Notes under the pieces: generated by a model
Told to the model about the DNA's origin: nothing
The model's database searches: none
What the model saw: the letters and a program-made list of their open reading frames with translations, nothing else
Assembly: GCA_013359235.1 (NCBI GenBank)
Contig: JABWCE010000004.1
Location: forward strand, 18,931-82,930
Source: Bacteroidota bacterium
GTDB lineage: Bacteria > Bacteroidota > Bacteroidia > NS11-12g > UBA9320
DNA: 64,000 nt
Direction: 5' to 3'
In this document: positions 39,328-50,172 of the stretch, one piece after another
Layout: every line of letters starts with the position of its first letter
Position numbering within the stretch: the stretch's first letter is position 1
Program-made: the position numbers and the translations under genes

Positions 39328-39771
39328 ACGAATACCGAAAAATTAATATTAAAAATTGTTGAATTCAATTCGCCCGAGCAAAGAAAATCTTTATTGCTCA
39401 GATACGATATTCTTCGTAAACCTTTAGGCTTAAAATTTGACGAAGAACAATTAAAACATGAAGAAAACGAATTTCATTTTATAGCAAGTTTTAAAAATAA
39501 AATTATAGGAGTTTTGCTTTTAAAACCATTGAATTATGATATTGTTAAAATGCGTCAAGTAGCTGTAAAAAAAACATTACAGAAAAAAGGCATTGGCAAA
39601 AAACTTGTTGAATTTGCCGAAAAATGGGCAAAAGAAAATAAATTTTCAAAAATTGAATTAAATGCACGCCTTACTTCAATTGATTTTTATTCAAAAAACA
39701 ATTACAAAACTATTGGGAGCCAATTTGATGAAGTAGGAATACCACATATAAAAATGTATAAAGATTTGTAA
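39328..39771 (+). CDS. GNAT family N-acetyltransferase (YjcF/ElaA-like); start uncertain (ACG 39328, ATA 39346 or TTG 39394)
   Basis: LR..ILRKPLG, MRQVAV...Q.KGIG..L, LNAR....FY...Y, F.EVGIPH..M. Confidence 0.85.
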   Translation, partial: TNTEKLILKIVEFNSPEQRKSLLLRYDILRKPLGLKFDEEQLKHEENEFHFIASFKNKIIGVLLLKPLNYDIVKMRQVAVKKTLQKKGIGKKLVEFAEKWAKENKFSKIELNARLTSIDFYSKNNYKTIGSQFDEVGIPHIKMYKDL

Positions 39772-39782
39772 TAAAAATATAA

Positions 39783-42200
39783 TTACTCACTACCTTTTAA
39801 ATCGTCGTTTGAGCCTCCTTTTTTTCTGCTTATATTTTCTTTGAGTTTACCGAAACTAAAGCTTAAACTCACACTAAAATATCTGAAAGCATTGTTTCTA
39901 TTGTAAGATTCCTGATAAAAAGTGGGGTCTTCTGTTATTGTTTTTAAAGTTTGTTTTTTTTCAAGAAAATTGTTGGCAACAATTCCAATATTAAGTTTTT
40001 TCTTAAAAAATGATTTTCGTAAACTTAAATTATAATTGTAATTCATAGGTCTTTTGCTTTGCAATGTAGGAGCACTTTGCCAAACCCACCCTGATAATGA
40101 TGCTGAATATCCTTTTTCAAAATTCCAAGTAAAATTTCCGTTTCCTCTATTACTAAAACCACTGCGGTTGCGTGCTTTATCTAATTTATGCTCTATGAAG
40201 ACATACGATGTTTGAATACCCACCCAAACCTGCATTTTTTTAAAAAACATACCCCAAATACTTATATTTATTCCGCTTGTGTTAGACCTCGCAACGTTTA
40301 AGTATGTGGTATGCGAAACCCCACTGCTGTCAATAGTTGAAAAAGATGTTATCACATCGTCAGTAAATGAATTAGAAAGTGAAATATCGAGTGAATTTCC
40401 CTTAAAATAGACATTGTAAGACATACTCAAATTATGAGTTTTTTCGGGTTGTAAATTTGGATTGCCGTATGTTATAGATTTGGGATCAATATTGTTAATA
40501 TATGGGTTGAGGTAATGTAGCCATGGTCTTTGAACTCTTCGGCTATAATTAATTCTATAAGTTTTTTTCTTTCCTGTTTTTTTTGATATACTAAGTGTAG
40601 GTATAAGGTTTAAATAATCTAATTTTAATGGCATAGAATCTTTGTTGAATGAAGCGTTTATATGTGTGTTTTCAAGCCTTAAACCTGTTTTTATCCTTGT
40701 TTTTTTAATCAAGTAAGAATAAGTTGAATATACACCATAAACATTTTGAGTGTAGTTTAATGAATTTGATTGAGAAGGTACAATCAAATATTGGCTTGAT
40801 AATTCATCAAGTTGTTTCATTTTGTAGTCTGATGATAAATTTCTAATAACATATTTTACTCCGGTTTCAAATTTTGATTTGTTTTTGAAAGGTTTGTTAT
40901 AATCCATTTTAATTGTATATTCAATATCTTGCGAGTTATTTTGGCTTTTAATGTTATTATCGGGAATTTTTAAATAATCTCTGTTTGAAGTAAAATTTGA
41001 GTTTTGGCTACTGTTTTCTCGCCATGCCGATAGCGAAATTTCATGATCTTCATTATCTTTAAATATTTTTACAAAGTCAAATCCTAAATCATAAGAAGGA
41101 TTTTTATTAGAGCTTCGGCTTGTATTTACAAAGTATTCGGTGATATTACCTATTGAATCTTTGCTTTCCGATATCTGTTCGGAGTTGTTGCTACTAAAAC
41201 CGCCTCCGGGCGTAAAATAAATACTTAAAGTATGAAGTGTGTCAAAATCATAAGACATTTCGATATTGCTCCAATTCCACAATCCTTTGTTATTATTGCT
41301 ACCCCATTGATGTAAAAAATTTTTATATCCCATAACCATTGAATTTCTATAAAGTTCATAAGTGTTTTGGTTACTGTAATTGAAATAATTTCCACCCAAA
41401 TACGATGAAATTCCAAGTTTGCCTATTTTTATATTAAAACTTCCGCCAAAATTGTTCATACCTCTTGAACTATAGCTTCCCATAAAATTTCCATTATAAC
41501 CACTAATTTTTTTATAAGTTATAATATTTATAATTCCGGTAGAGCCTTCGGCATCATATTTTGCTGATGGTTCGGTAATTATTTCAATTCTTTTAATAAG
41601 TTTTGCAGGAAATGCTTTTAATGCCTCTTTAGGATTTTTAGCAATTATCGATGTGTTTTTTCCATTCAGTAAAACTTTAAAATTTGAATTGCCTTTTAGT
41701 TGTATATTATCATCGGCATCTACTGTTATAAAAGGCATTTTTTTTAAAGCATCTATTGCCATAAGTCCTTCGAGGGTAGCATCATTTTCTACATTATAAA
41801 TAGTTTTGTCGGGTTCTATTTCCAAGAGTGGTTTTTGGTCGGCAATTATTACTTCTTTTAAATTTTTGCTTAATTTTTCAATAAAAATTGTATCTGTAAT
41901 TACTGCATTGCTTTTCAATTTTATTTTTACAGTATCGTTGGTTTTAAAACCTGTAAATTTTACAATAATGATATAAGTGTTTTCTGAGATTTTGTCGAAT
42001 TTGAAATATCCATTTTCGTCAGTAAAAGTATTAGATTTTATTGAAAGAGTGGCAGAATCTTTAAGCATTACAGTGCAAAATTCAACGGGTTTTTTTGTTT
42101 CCCAGTTGCAAACAATTCCTTTTAACGAATATAAATTTTGAGCAATTAATGTTTTTGAAAATATCAAACACAAAAAAAGAATGGGTTTTAATTTCATCAT
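39783..42200 (-). CDS. TonB-dependent receptor-like outer membrane beta-barrel protein
   Basis: Carboxypeptidase-regulatory-like N-domain, plug IEIIT.PSAKYDAEG..GIINI, YSRR.QRP, GNPNLQPE. Confidence 0.88.
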   Translation of the reverse strand: MMKLKPILFLCLIFSKTLIAQNLYSLKGIVCNWETKKPVEFCTVMLKDSATLSIKSNTFTDENGYFKFDKISENTYIIIVKFTGFKTNDTVKIKLKSNAVITDTIFIEKLSKNLKEVIIADQKPLLEIEPDKTIYNVENDATLEGLMAIDALKKMPFITVDADDNIQLKGNSNFKVLLNGKNTSIIAKNPKEALKAFPAKLIKRIEIITEPSAKYDAEGSTGIINIITYKKISGYNGNFMGSYSSRGMNNFGGSFNIKIGKLGISSYLGGNYFNYSNQNTYELYRNSMVMGYKNFLHQWGSNNNKGLWNWSNIEMSYDFDTLHTLSIYFTPGGGFSSNNSEQISESKDSIGNITEYFVNTSRSSNKNPSYDLGFDFVKIFKDNEDHEISLSAWRENSSQNSNFTSNRDYLKIPDNNIKSQNNSQDIEYTIKMDYNKPFKNKSKFETGVKYVIRNLSSDYKMKQLDELSSQYLIVPSQSNSLNYTQNVYGVYSTYSYLIKKTRIKTGLRLENTHINASFNKDSMPLKLDYLNLIPTLSISKKTGKKKTYRINYSRRVQRPWLHYLNPYINNIDPKSITYGNPNLQPEKTHNLSMSYNVYFKGNSLDISLSNSFTDDVITSFSTIDSSGVSHTTYLNVARSNTSGINISIWGMFFKKMQVWVGIQTSYVFIEHKLDKARNRSGFSNRGNGNFTWNFEKGYSASLSGWVWQSAPTLQSKRPMNYNYNLSLRKSFFKKKLNIGIVANNFLEKKQTLKTITEDPTFYQESYNRNNAFRYFSVSLSFSFGKLKENISRKKGGSNDDLKGSE

Positions 42201-42228
42201 TTAATCAAATTTGTTTTTTTAAAGTTAA

Positions 42229-43773
42229 TTAAATTTCAAACTTAATGCCTTGTGCAAGAGGTATGTCGTTACCATAATTTACTGTATTGGTTTGTCGCCT
42301 CATGTACGCCTTCCAACTGTCGCTACCGCTTTCTCTTCCTCCGCCTGTTTCTTTTTCGCCACCAAAAGCACCGCCTATTTCTGCACCTGATGTTCCAATA
42401 TTTACATTAGCTATTCCGCAGTCGCTGCCCGAATGGCTAAGAAAATATTGAGCTTCTTTAAGGTTGTTTGTAAAAATTGCTGAACTTAAGCCTTGTTTAA
42501 CATCATTTTGCATAGCAATAGCCTCTTTTAGTGTATTGTATTTCATAATATAAGTTATAGGAGCAAAGGTTTCTTCTTGTACAATTTTTAAATGGTTTTG
42601 AGCCTCTATTAATGTTGGTAAAACATAGCACCCAGACTCATATCCTTTACCTTTCAATACTTTGTTGCCATATAGAATTTTTGCTCCTTGATTTTCTGCT
42701 TCATTTATTGCATTCTGATAATTTGAAACAGCAATTTTATCAATAAGCGGACCAATATGATTTTGCTTGTTAAGTGGGTTTCCAATATTCAATTGCTTGT
42801 ATATTTTAACAAGTTGAGCAATGAATTTGTCGTAAATTGTATTTTGAATAATGAGTCGCCTAATACTTGTACAGCGTTGGCCTGCCGTGCCCACCGAACC
42901 AAAAACGGCAGCTTTTAATGCGTTTTTCAAATCTGCATCATCTGTAATTATTAGCGCATTATTACCACCAAGTTCAAGAATACTTTTTCCTAATCTTGAG
43001 GCTACGAGTTGTGATACTCTTTTGCCCATTTTGGTACTGCCTGTTGCCGAAATAAGTTGAATTCTGGTATCTTTAGCCATTTTTTCGCCTATTCTGAAAT
43101 CGCCAAGAATGATATTAAAAACACCTTCAGGAATATTGCTGTTAATAAGAACAGGTCTTATAATATTTTGAACTGCAATTGCCGAAAGCGGTGTTTTTTC
43201 GGAAGGTTTCCAAATACACACATCGCCACAAACTGCTGCTATCATTGCGTTCCAAGCCCATACAGCTACCGGAAAATTGAATGCAGTAATAATTCCTACT
43301 GCACCAAGCGGATGCCATTGTTCCATCATTATATGTTCTTTTCTTTCGCTTGCTATTGTAAGCCCGTATAACTGCCGTGAAAGCCCACATGCAAAATCAC
43401 ATATATCAATCATTTCCTGAACTTCCCCCAATCCTTCTTCTAAGCTTTTACCCATTTCATACGAAACAAGCGCCCCAAGTTCTTCTTTGTTTTCGCGTAG
43501 TTTGTTGCCTATTTGGCGTACAACTTCTCCGCGTTTGGGTGCAGGCACTTTTTTCCAATTATCAAAAGCCAATTGCGATTGTTGTATAACTTTTTCGTAT
43601 TCGGTAGTACTTGCCAGAGTAACATCAGCAATTTTTTTCCCATCAACAGGGCTAATAATACTAATTGTTTCAGAGCCTAAAGCAGTGAGCCATTGTTTGC
43701 CGGTACAAACACTTTCGTTTTTTGGATTTATTCCTAATTTAGAAAGTATATTTTCAATTTTAACAGACAACAT
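42229..43773 (-). CDS. aldehyde dehydrogenase, ALDH7 / piperideine-6-carboxylate dehydrogenase type
   Basis: AFNFPVAVW, LELGGNNA, GTAGQRCT, EETFAP, GAFGGEKETGGGRESGSD. Confidence 0.9.
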   Translation of the reverse strand: MLSVKIENILSKLGINPKNESVCTGKQWLTALGSETISIISPVDGKKIADVTLASTTEYEKVIQQSQLAFDNWKKVPAPKRGEVVRQIGNKLRENKEELGALVSYEMGKSLEEGLGEVQEMIDICDFACGLSRQLYGLTIASERKEHIMMEQWHPLGAVGIITAFNFPVAVWAWNAMIAAVCGDVCIWKPSEKTPLSAIAVQNIIRPVLINSNIPEGVFNIILGDFRIGEKMAKDTRIQLISATGSTKMGKRVSQLVASRLGKSILELGGNNALIITDDADLKNALKAAVFGSVGTAGQRCTSIRRLIIQNTIYDKFIAQLVKIYKQLNIGNPLNKQNHIGPLIDKIAVSNYQNAINEAENQGAKILYGNKVLKGKGYESGCYVLPTLIEAQNHLKIVQEETFAPITYIMKYNTLKEAIAMQNDVKQGLSSAIFTNNLKEAQYFLSHSGSDCGIANVNIGTSGAEIGGAFGGEKETGGGRESGSDSWKAYMRRQTNTVNYGNDIPLAQGIKFEI

Positions 43774-43876
43774 AAGTTTTTTAAAAGCACAAACTTACAC
43801 TTTTTTAGGCATACATTTTTATTTGTTAGTGCTTATTTTGCTTATATGAATTATTTTTGCCCAAAAATTTCAATTA

Positions 43877-44656
43877 ATGGAATTTATCACAAATACTGAT
43901 GCAATTATGGCGTTACTCACACTTACTTTTCTCGAAGTAATTTTGGGAGTAGATAATATAATTTTTATATCTATAGCGGCAAACAAAGTAGAGCAAAATG
44001 TAAGAAAAAAAGCAATAAACTGGGGTTTGTTTTTTGCTATGTTTTTAAGAATAATCATGCTTTTGGGCATATCAGTTATCATTGCAGCCCAAAAACCAAT
44101 TATTAGTTTTGACTGGGGTTTGGTATCGGGGCAGTTTTCGGGGCAAAGCCTCATATTGCTTGCGGGTGGAATTTTTTTAATTTATAAAAGCACAGTTGAA
44201 ATTCATCATAAAATAGAAGGAGATGAAGGCAATAAACAAGCTGTAAATGAGAAAAAAAGAAAAGTATCTCTTTCAAATGCAATAACTCAAATAATGCTGA
44301 TAAATATTGTTTTTTCAATTGACTCAATCTTAACAGCAATAGGAATGACTAACAACATTCCCAATTCATTAGCAATAATGGTAATTTCAGTAATATTATC
44401 AATGATTATTATGATGTTGTTTGCCAGCCAGGTTTCAAATTTTGTAAACAATCACCCATCAATACAAATGCTGGGTTTGTCTTTCTTAATATTAATAGGG
44501 TTTATGTTGGTACTTGAAAGTGGGCATCTTGCAAATTTTTCGGTAGGCGGAACTCATATTGGCGGCATTCCCAAGGGATATTTGTATTTTGCAATAGCTT
44601 TCAGTTTTGGGGTAGAACTTCTAAATATGAGAATGCGAAAAAAATCCTTGAAATAA
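43877..44656 (+). CDS. TerC family membrane protein
   Basis: LE.ILG.DNIIFISI, IVFSIDSILTA, PKGYLYFA..FS..VE. Confidence 0.92.
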   Translation: MEFITNTDAIMALLTLTFLEVILGVDNIIFISIAANKVEQNVRKKAINWGLFFAMFLRIIMLLGISVIIAAQKPIISFDWGLVSGQFSGQSLILLAGGIFLIYKSTVEIHHKIEGDEGNKQAVNEKKRKVSLSNAITQIMLINIVFSIDSILTAIGMTNNIPNSLAIMVISVILSMIIMMLFASQVSNFVNNHPSIQMLGLSFLILIGFMLVLESGHLANFSVGGTHIGGIPKGYLYFAIAFSFGVELLNMRMRKKSLK

Positions 44657-44673
44657 CAAGATAAAAGAAACTC

Positions 44674-46935
44674 ATGACAGATTTAAAATTTAACGACTCG
44701 TTAAGCTACCATGCCGATGGAAGACCAGGTAAAATAGAGGTTATACCAAGCAAGCCAACACAAACACAACGAGATTTGACAATGGCTTATTCGCCAGGAG
44801 TTGCCGAACCATGTTTAAGAATATCAGAAAATGTTGAAGATGTTTATAAATACACTGCCAAAGGAAATCTTGTAGCTGTAATTTCTAATGGTACGGCTGT
44901 TTTGGGTCTTGGTAATATTGGTCCACATGCTTCAAAACCTGTTATGGAGGGCAAAGGTTTATTGTTTAAAATATTTGCAGATATTGATGTTTTTGATATT
45001 GAGCTAAACTGCAGTACTGTTGATGATTTTGTAAGAACGGTAAAAGCTTTAGAACCTACATTTGGTGGTATAAATCTTGAAGATATAAAAGCACCTGAGT
45101 GTTTTGAAATTGAGCAAAGATTAAAAGAAGAACTAACTATACCTATAATGCACGATGATCAGCATGGAACTGCAATAATTTCGGGTGCTGCATTAATCAA
45201 TGCACTTGAAATAGTAGGTAAAAAACCTCATAAAATTAAAATGGTAATTAACGGAGCAGGAGCCTCAGCCATTTCATGCGGAAAATTATTTGTATCTCTC
45301 GGAGTAAATATTAAAAATATTGTAATGCTTGATAGCAAAGGTGTAATAAACAATAGCCGAAAAGACTTTGACCAAAACAAACTTTTTTTTGCAACAAGCC
45401 GAAAAATTGAAACCCTTGAGGAAGCCATAAAAGATGCCGATGTTTTTGTAGGATTATCAAAAAAAGATATACTTACTCCTAAAATGATAAAATCAATGGC
45501 AAAAAATCCCATTGTTTTTGCTATGGCAAACCCAGACCCCGAAATAGAATACAATCTCGCTGTGAGCACTCGCAAAGATTTGATTATGGCAACCGGCCGT
45601 AGCGACCATCCAAATCAAGTTAATAATGTACTTGGATTTCCATTTATTTTCAGAGGGGCACTTGATGTGCGTGCTACTTGTATTAATGAAGAGATGAAGC
45701 TTGCAGCAGTTAAAGCAATTGCCCATCTTGCACACGAACCTGTACTCGAAATTGTGAATGTGGCATATAACGAAAAAAACCTCACATTCGGTAGAAATTA
45801 TATTATTCCCAAACCTATAGACCCAAGACTTATATACAAAGTAGCACCTGCTGTAGCCAAAGCTGCAATAAAAAGTGGCGTTGCAAAAAATATAATTACA
45901 GATTGGGCAGCTTACGAAGAAGAATTGAAGGAACGATTGGGTATTGATGATAAGTTCTTGTCGCGTATTGCCATACAAGCTCGTAAAAATCCCAAAAGAG
46001 TAGTATTTACAGAAGCTGATAACTTTAAAATATTAAAGGCAGCTCAGATATGCCTCGAAGAAGGAACAGCAATTCCTATTTTGCTAGGACAAAAAAATAA
46101 AATTAATCAAATTATTGAAGAACATGGTCTGTTACTTGAAAATGTTCAAATTATTGATCCGGCCGAAGAGCCTGAATTGAGAAATGAATATGGCGAATTA
46201 TTTTATAAAAGCCGACAAAGAAAAGGGATGACTTTGTTTGATTGTGTAAAAGTAATGATACACAGAAATTACTTCGGAACAATGATGGTTAATTGCGGAC
46301 ATGCCGATGCAGTACTTTCAGGTCTTACAAAAAATTACCCGAGCACAGTGAGACCAGCATTGCAAATAATGATGCCAAACAACGAAAAAAGTGTAGTGGC
46401 GGGAATGTATATTATACAAACCAAGCGAGGTCCGATGTTTTTTGCTGATACAACTGTTAACATTACACCATCTTGGGAAGAATTGGTAAAAATTACTGTT
46501 TTAACCTATGAAAAAGTTAAAAAACTACAGGTAGAACCAGTAATAGCAATGCTTTCCTATTCAAATTTTGGTTCGGCAGGTGGCGAAGATGTAGAAAAAA
46601 TAAGAAAAGCAATTGCCTATTTACATTTGCATTATCCAAATATAACTGTAGATGGCGATATACAAGCTAATTATGCTATAAATTCGGCAAAAAGAAACGA
46701 TTTATTTCCATTTAGCAAACTGGGAAAAAGTCAGGTAAATACTTTCATATTTCCATGCCTTGCTTCGGGTAATATTTGTTATAAGGTAATGCAGGAACTT
46801 GGCGGATTCGAAGCAATTGGTCCTGTACTTATGGGGCTTAGTAAATCTGTACATATCTTGCAATTAGGCAGTTCGGTACGCGAAATTGTGAATATGGTAA
46901 ACATTGCAGTAGTAGATGCAATGAAAAATAATTAA
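44674..46935 (+). CDS. maeB: NADP-dependent malic enzyme (malic enzyme-PTA fusion)
   Basis: [35 protein letters not shown], and a C-terminal PTA-like domain. Confidence 0.96.
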   Translation: MTDLKFNDSLSYHADGRPGKIEVIPSKPTQTQRDLTMAYSPGVAEPCLRISENVEDVYKYTAKGNLVAVISNGTAVLGLGNIGPHASKPVMEGKGLLFKIFADIDVFDIELNCSTVDDFVRTVKALEPTFGGINLEDIKAPECFEIEQRLKEELTIPIMHDDQHGTAIISGAALINALEIVGKKPHKIKMVINGAGASAISCGKLFVSLGVNIKNIVMLDSKGVINNSRKDFDQNKLFFATSRKIETLEEAIKDADVFVGLSKKDILTPKMIKSMAKNPIVFAMANPDPEIEYNLAVSTRKDLIMATGRSDHPNQVNNVLGFPFIFRGALDVRATCINEEMKLAAVKAIAHLAHEPVLEIVNVAYNEKNLTFGRNYIIPKPIDPRLIYKVAPAVAKAAIKSGVAKNIITDWAAYEEELKERLGIDDKFLSRIAIQARKNPKRVVFTEADNFKILKAAQICLEEGTAIPILLGQKNKINQIIEEHGLLLENVQIIDPAEEPELRNEYGELFYKSRQRKGMTLFDCVKVMIHRNYFGTMMVNCGHADAVLSGLTKNYPSTVRPALQIMMPNNEKSVVAGMYIIQTKRGPMFFADTTVNITPSWEELVKITVLTYEKVKKLQVEPVIAMLSYSNFGSAGGEDVEKIRKAIAYLHLHYPNITVDGDIQANYAINSAKRNDLFPFSKLGKSQVNTFIFPCLASGNICYKVMQELGGFEAIGPVLMGLSKSVHILQLGSSVREIVNMVNIAVVDAMKNN

Positions 46936-46938
46936 ATA

Positions 46939-47928
46939 ATGCACACAGAGCTTTTCAATAAACTTTCGGCAGGTGATATTGCATCACTTGCAAAAGCAAT
47001 TACAATAATAGAAAGCAACAAACCAGAACACCAAAAAATTGCCGAAAACTTATTGAATGAAGTATCAAAAACCAAAAATCAATCAATAAGAATAGCAATA
47101 ACAGGCATCCCCGGAGTAGGCAAAAGCACTTTTATCAATACATTAGGAACATGGCTCGTTAATGAAAAAAAACTTAAGGTTTGTGTACTTGCTATTGACC
47201 CAAGCAGCAAAAAAAGCAAAGGAAGTATTTTAGGAGATAAAACCCGTATGAACGAACTATCGGTCTTAGATAATGTATTTATACGACCTTCGCCTTCGGG
47301 AGGAATTGCAGGCGGTGTAGCAGCCAAAACCCCTGAAACTATAAAATTATGCGAAGCAGCAGGGTTTCAAATTATTTTGATAGAAACTGTAGGAACAGGC
47401 CAAAGCGAAATAGAAGCCGATAATATTGCTGATTGTGTACTTTTGCTACTTTTGGCTGATGCAGGCGATGAACTTCAGGGTTTAAAACGCGGAATAATGG
47501 AAACAGCCGATATTGTTGTAATTAATAAAGCTGATATTGTAAATAAATCTTTACTTCAAACTTCTGAAAACGAGTTAAAATCGGCTTTGAGCTTTCTACC
47601 TGCTAAAAACAAAGGTTGGGTAACGCCCGTTATAAAACACTCTATAAATGAAAAAGAAACCCATAAAGAAATATGGAATCAAATTGTAAAATTTATTGAT
47701 GTACAAAAAAACACCGGCAACTTTGATGTAAAACGCCTGAAACAGAAAAAATACAGGATTACCGAACTATTGAAATACAATTTTGAATACAATTTTTTAG
47801 AATTGCCTGAGATTAAAAAAGAAATTGAGAAGTTTTCTCAATCATCAAAATTCAAACATACCGAAGTTCTCGATTTTCTTAAAAAATTAATAAAAAACTG
47901 GATTAGCAAAAATGATGCTAATACTTGA
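46939..47928 (+). CDS. meaB: methylmalonyl-CoA mutase-associated GTPase MeaB/ArgK
   Basis: TG.PGVGKST, AIDPSS..S.GSILGDKTRM, ETVG.GQSE, GDELQG.KRG, NKAD. Confidence 0.92.
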   Translation: MHTELFNKLSAGDIASLAKAITIIESNKPEHQKIAENLLNEVSKTKNQSIRIAITGIPGVGKSTFINTLGTWLVNEKKLKVCVLAIDPSSKKSKGSILGDKTRMNELSVLDNVFIRPSPSGGIAGGVAAKTPETIKLCEAAGFQIILIETVGTGQSEIEADNIADCVLLLLLADAGDELQGLKRGIMETADIVVINKADIVNKSLLQTSENELKSALSFLPAKNKGWVTPVIKHSINEKETHKEIWNQIVKFIDVQKNTGNFDVKRLKQKKYRITELLKYNFEYNFLELPEIKKEIEKFSQSSKFKHTEVLDFLKKLIKNWISKNDANT

Positions 47929-49354
47929 TATAAACATTCTTTTGTTCTGTAAAAAAATCCATAATATTCCAAGCTCCCGAGTTTCCGTTTCCGCTGTTTT
48001 TCATTCCGCCAAAAGGCGATTTTGTGTCAACATACATCCAGCAATTAATCCAAACCAATCCGGTTTTAATATTAGTGGCAATTCTATGAGCTGTTTGAAT
48101 ATTTTCAGTCCATACAGACGATGCCAAACCATAATCAGTTGAGTTTGCAATTTCTAAAGCATCCACTTCGGTTTTAAATGAGGTGAGTGTAACTACAGGA
48201 CCAAAAATTTCTTCGCGGTTGCATATACTTTCATTTTTTAAATTTTCAATAACAGTGGGTGATATAAACCATCCGTTTTCAAGCCCCTTTGGAAATACAG
48301 GTTCGCCACCGAACAAAATTTTTCCTCCTTCTGCTTTCGCAATTTCAATATACGAAAGTATTTTATCATAATGTTGTTTTGATACAATTGCCCCAATTTT
48401 AGTATCGTTTAGCAAAGGATTTCCTAAAGATTGATATTTTAATTCGGTTAAAAATGCTTTTTTGAAATTGTTATAAATTTTTTCTTCAACCAAAATTCGC
48501 GAACCACTCCTGCAAAGTTCACCTTGATTGAGAAAAGATGCTCTTACAGTTTCTTTTACTGCTTTTTCTAAGTTACAATCTGCAAAAATCAAAACCGGAT
48601 TTTTACCTCCCAACTCAAGCGACAATTTTTTGAATAAAGGTGCCGCCAATGTAGAAATTACTTTACCTGTACTAAGTTTGCCTGTAAACGATATAGCCTT
48701 TATTTTTGGATGACTAACAATAATATTTCCTGCTTTCTCGCCTCTGCCATTTATAATATTAAGCACACCGTTTGGTAAACCTGCCTGATAGCATATTTCG
48801 CTGAGCATAAATGCAGTTGCCGGTGCAAATTCACTTGGTTTGGCTATTACACAATTGCCAGTAGCAAGTGCCGGAGCAATTTTCCATGTAATAATGTACA
48901 AAGGCAGATTCCATGAACTTATACATGCCACAATACCAATTGGCGATTTTTGATTATAATTTACATAATTGCCCTCCATGCTGTGATTTGTACTGCTGTA
49001 TTGCATAGCTGCAGTTGCAAAAAATCTAAAATTTTGAGCTGAAAGTGTTACTTGAGTTCTGGCAAACCAAAGTGGCATTCCCTGGTCAATACTTTCGGCA
49101 AGGGCGAGTTCTTCATTTTTTTCATCAATGAGTTCGGCTATGCGGTTTAATATTTTAAAACGCGATTCTGCCGATATGTTGCTCCAAGAATTATAGGCGT
49201 TTTGGGCACTTTCTATTGCTCTTTCAACATCTTGCTCGTCAGAATCTGGTAATGTAGAGTACACCAACCCCGTAGATGGATTGCTGTTTTCGATAAAATT
49301 TTTATTTACCGCTTCGCAATGATTTCCATTTATGAAATTTAAAATTTTAAGCAT
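47918..49354 (-). CDS. aldehyde dehydrogenase, ALDH8 / 2-aminomuconic semialdehyde dehydrogenase-like
   Basis: WNLPLY..TWKIAPALA, LELGGKNP, NQGELC, EEIFGPV, PFGG.K.SG. Confidence 0.82.
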   Translation of the reverse strand: MLKILNFINGNHCEAVNKNFIENSNPSTGLVYSTLPDSDEQDVERAIESAQNAYNSWSNISAESRFKILNRIAELIDEKNEELALAESIDQGMPLWFARTQVTLSAQNFRFFATAAMQYSSTNHSMEGNYVNYNQKSPIGIVACISSWNLPLYIITWKIAPALATGNCVIAKPSEFAPATAFMLSEICYQAGLPNGVLNIINGRGEKAGNIIVSHPKIKAISFTGKLSTGKVISTLAAPLFKKLSLELGGKNPVLIFADCNLEKAVKETVRASFLNQGELCRSGSRILVEEKIYNNFKKAFLTELKYQSLGNPLLNDTKIGAIVSKQHYDKILSYIEIAKAEGGKILFGGEPVFPKGLENGWFISPTVIENLKNESICNREEIFGPVVTLTSFKTEVDALEIANSTDYGLASSVWTENIQTAHRIATNIKTGLVWINCWMYVDTKSPFGGMKNSGNGNSGAWNIMDFFTEQKNVYIKY

Positions 49355-49455
49355 ATAAATTTCTTCAAACTTACATACTTAAAAAATAAAAAAAATAAAG
49401 TTTTTTGTTTTTCAATTATTCTAATATCATTGCCAACTGTAAAATTTAATTTTAT

Positions 49456-50133
49456 TTGAATTCAAAAATTAATATATCAATTGACGGACACGCTGGATGT
49501 GGCAAAGGAACATTGGCAAAGCACCTCGCCAAATCTCTAAACTACTCGTATTTTGATACAGGTGCAATTTATAGGGCTTTAGCTTTGTTAATGATGAATA
49601 ACAAATTGGGTTTTACTGAAAATTTTAACTATTTGAATAAAATAAAAATTGAATTTAAATATAACGAAACTAACGATTTTTTTGAATTGTACATAAATGA
49701 TGAATTGGCAGAATACCTTATAAAAACTGATGCTGTTTCAAAAAAGGCTTCAGAAATAAGTAAAACAAATGAGGTTAATAATTTTGTAACAAATCTTTTA
49801 CAAAAAATAGCATCCGAGAAAGGAAATGTAGTATTTGGCAGAGATACCGGAACTAAAGTTTTGCCTAATGCCGAACTTAAAATTTATATGATAACAAACC
49901 CAGAAGTAAGAGCCAAACGTGTTTTTGAAGAATTGAAAAACAAAAATATAAATATTTCTTATGATGAAGTTTTAAGAAATATTAAGGAAAATGATATTTG
50001 GGATCTTACAAATGCTGTTAGTCCGATAGTCAAAGCCGATGATTCAATAATTTTGGATAATACAAATATGACCAAAGAAGAACAAGGCAAATTAGCTCTT
50101 ACGTGGGCAAAAGGAGTAATTTCGGCACTATAA
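49456..50133 (+). CDS. cmk: cytidylate kinase-like protein (divergent active site)
   Basis: P-loop IDG.AG.GK.T, DTGAIYRA, GRD.GT.V.P.A.LK, RA.R, D.T. Several CMP-binding Arg are replaced. Confidence 0.75.
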   Translation: MNSKINISIDGHAGCGKGTLAKHLAKSLNYSYFDTGAIYRALALLMMNNKLGFTENFNYLNKIKIEFKYNETNDFFELYINDELAEYLIKTDAVSKKASEISKTNEVNNFVTNLLQKIASEKGNVVFGRDTGTKVLPNAELKIYMITNPEVRAKRVFEELKNKNINISYDEVLRNIKENDIWDLTNAVSPIVKADDSIILDNTNMTKEEQGKLALTWAKGVISAL

Positions 50134-50172
50134 TTCAATTATTTTCATTTTTTATTTTAATAAATTTGCCCA

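Noticed and set aside
44674-47928. maeB-meaB adjacency as a novel pathway
   Set aside because: Both are ordinary housekeeping genes; the mutase partner of MeaB is commonly encoded elsewhere.
47918-49354. ALDH8-like gene as a pseudo-enzyme (NQGELCRS, FTGKL variants)
   Set aside because: Catalytic Cys, Glu (LELGG) and Asn (WN) are retained and the ORF is intact.
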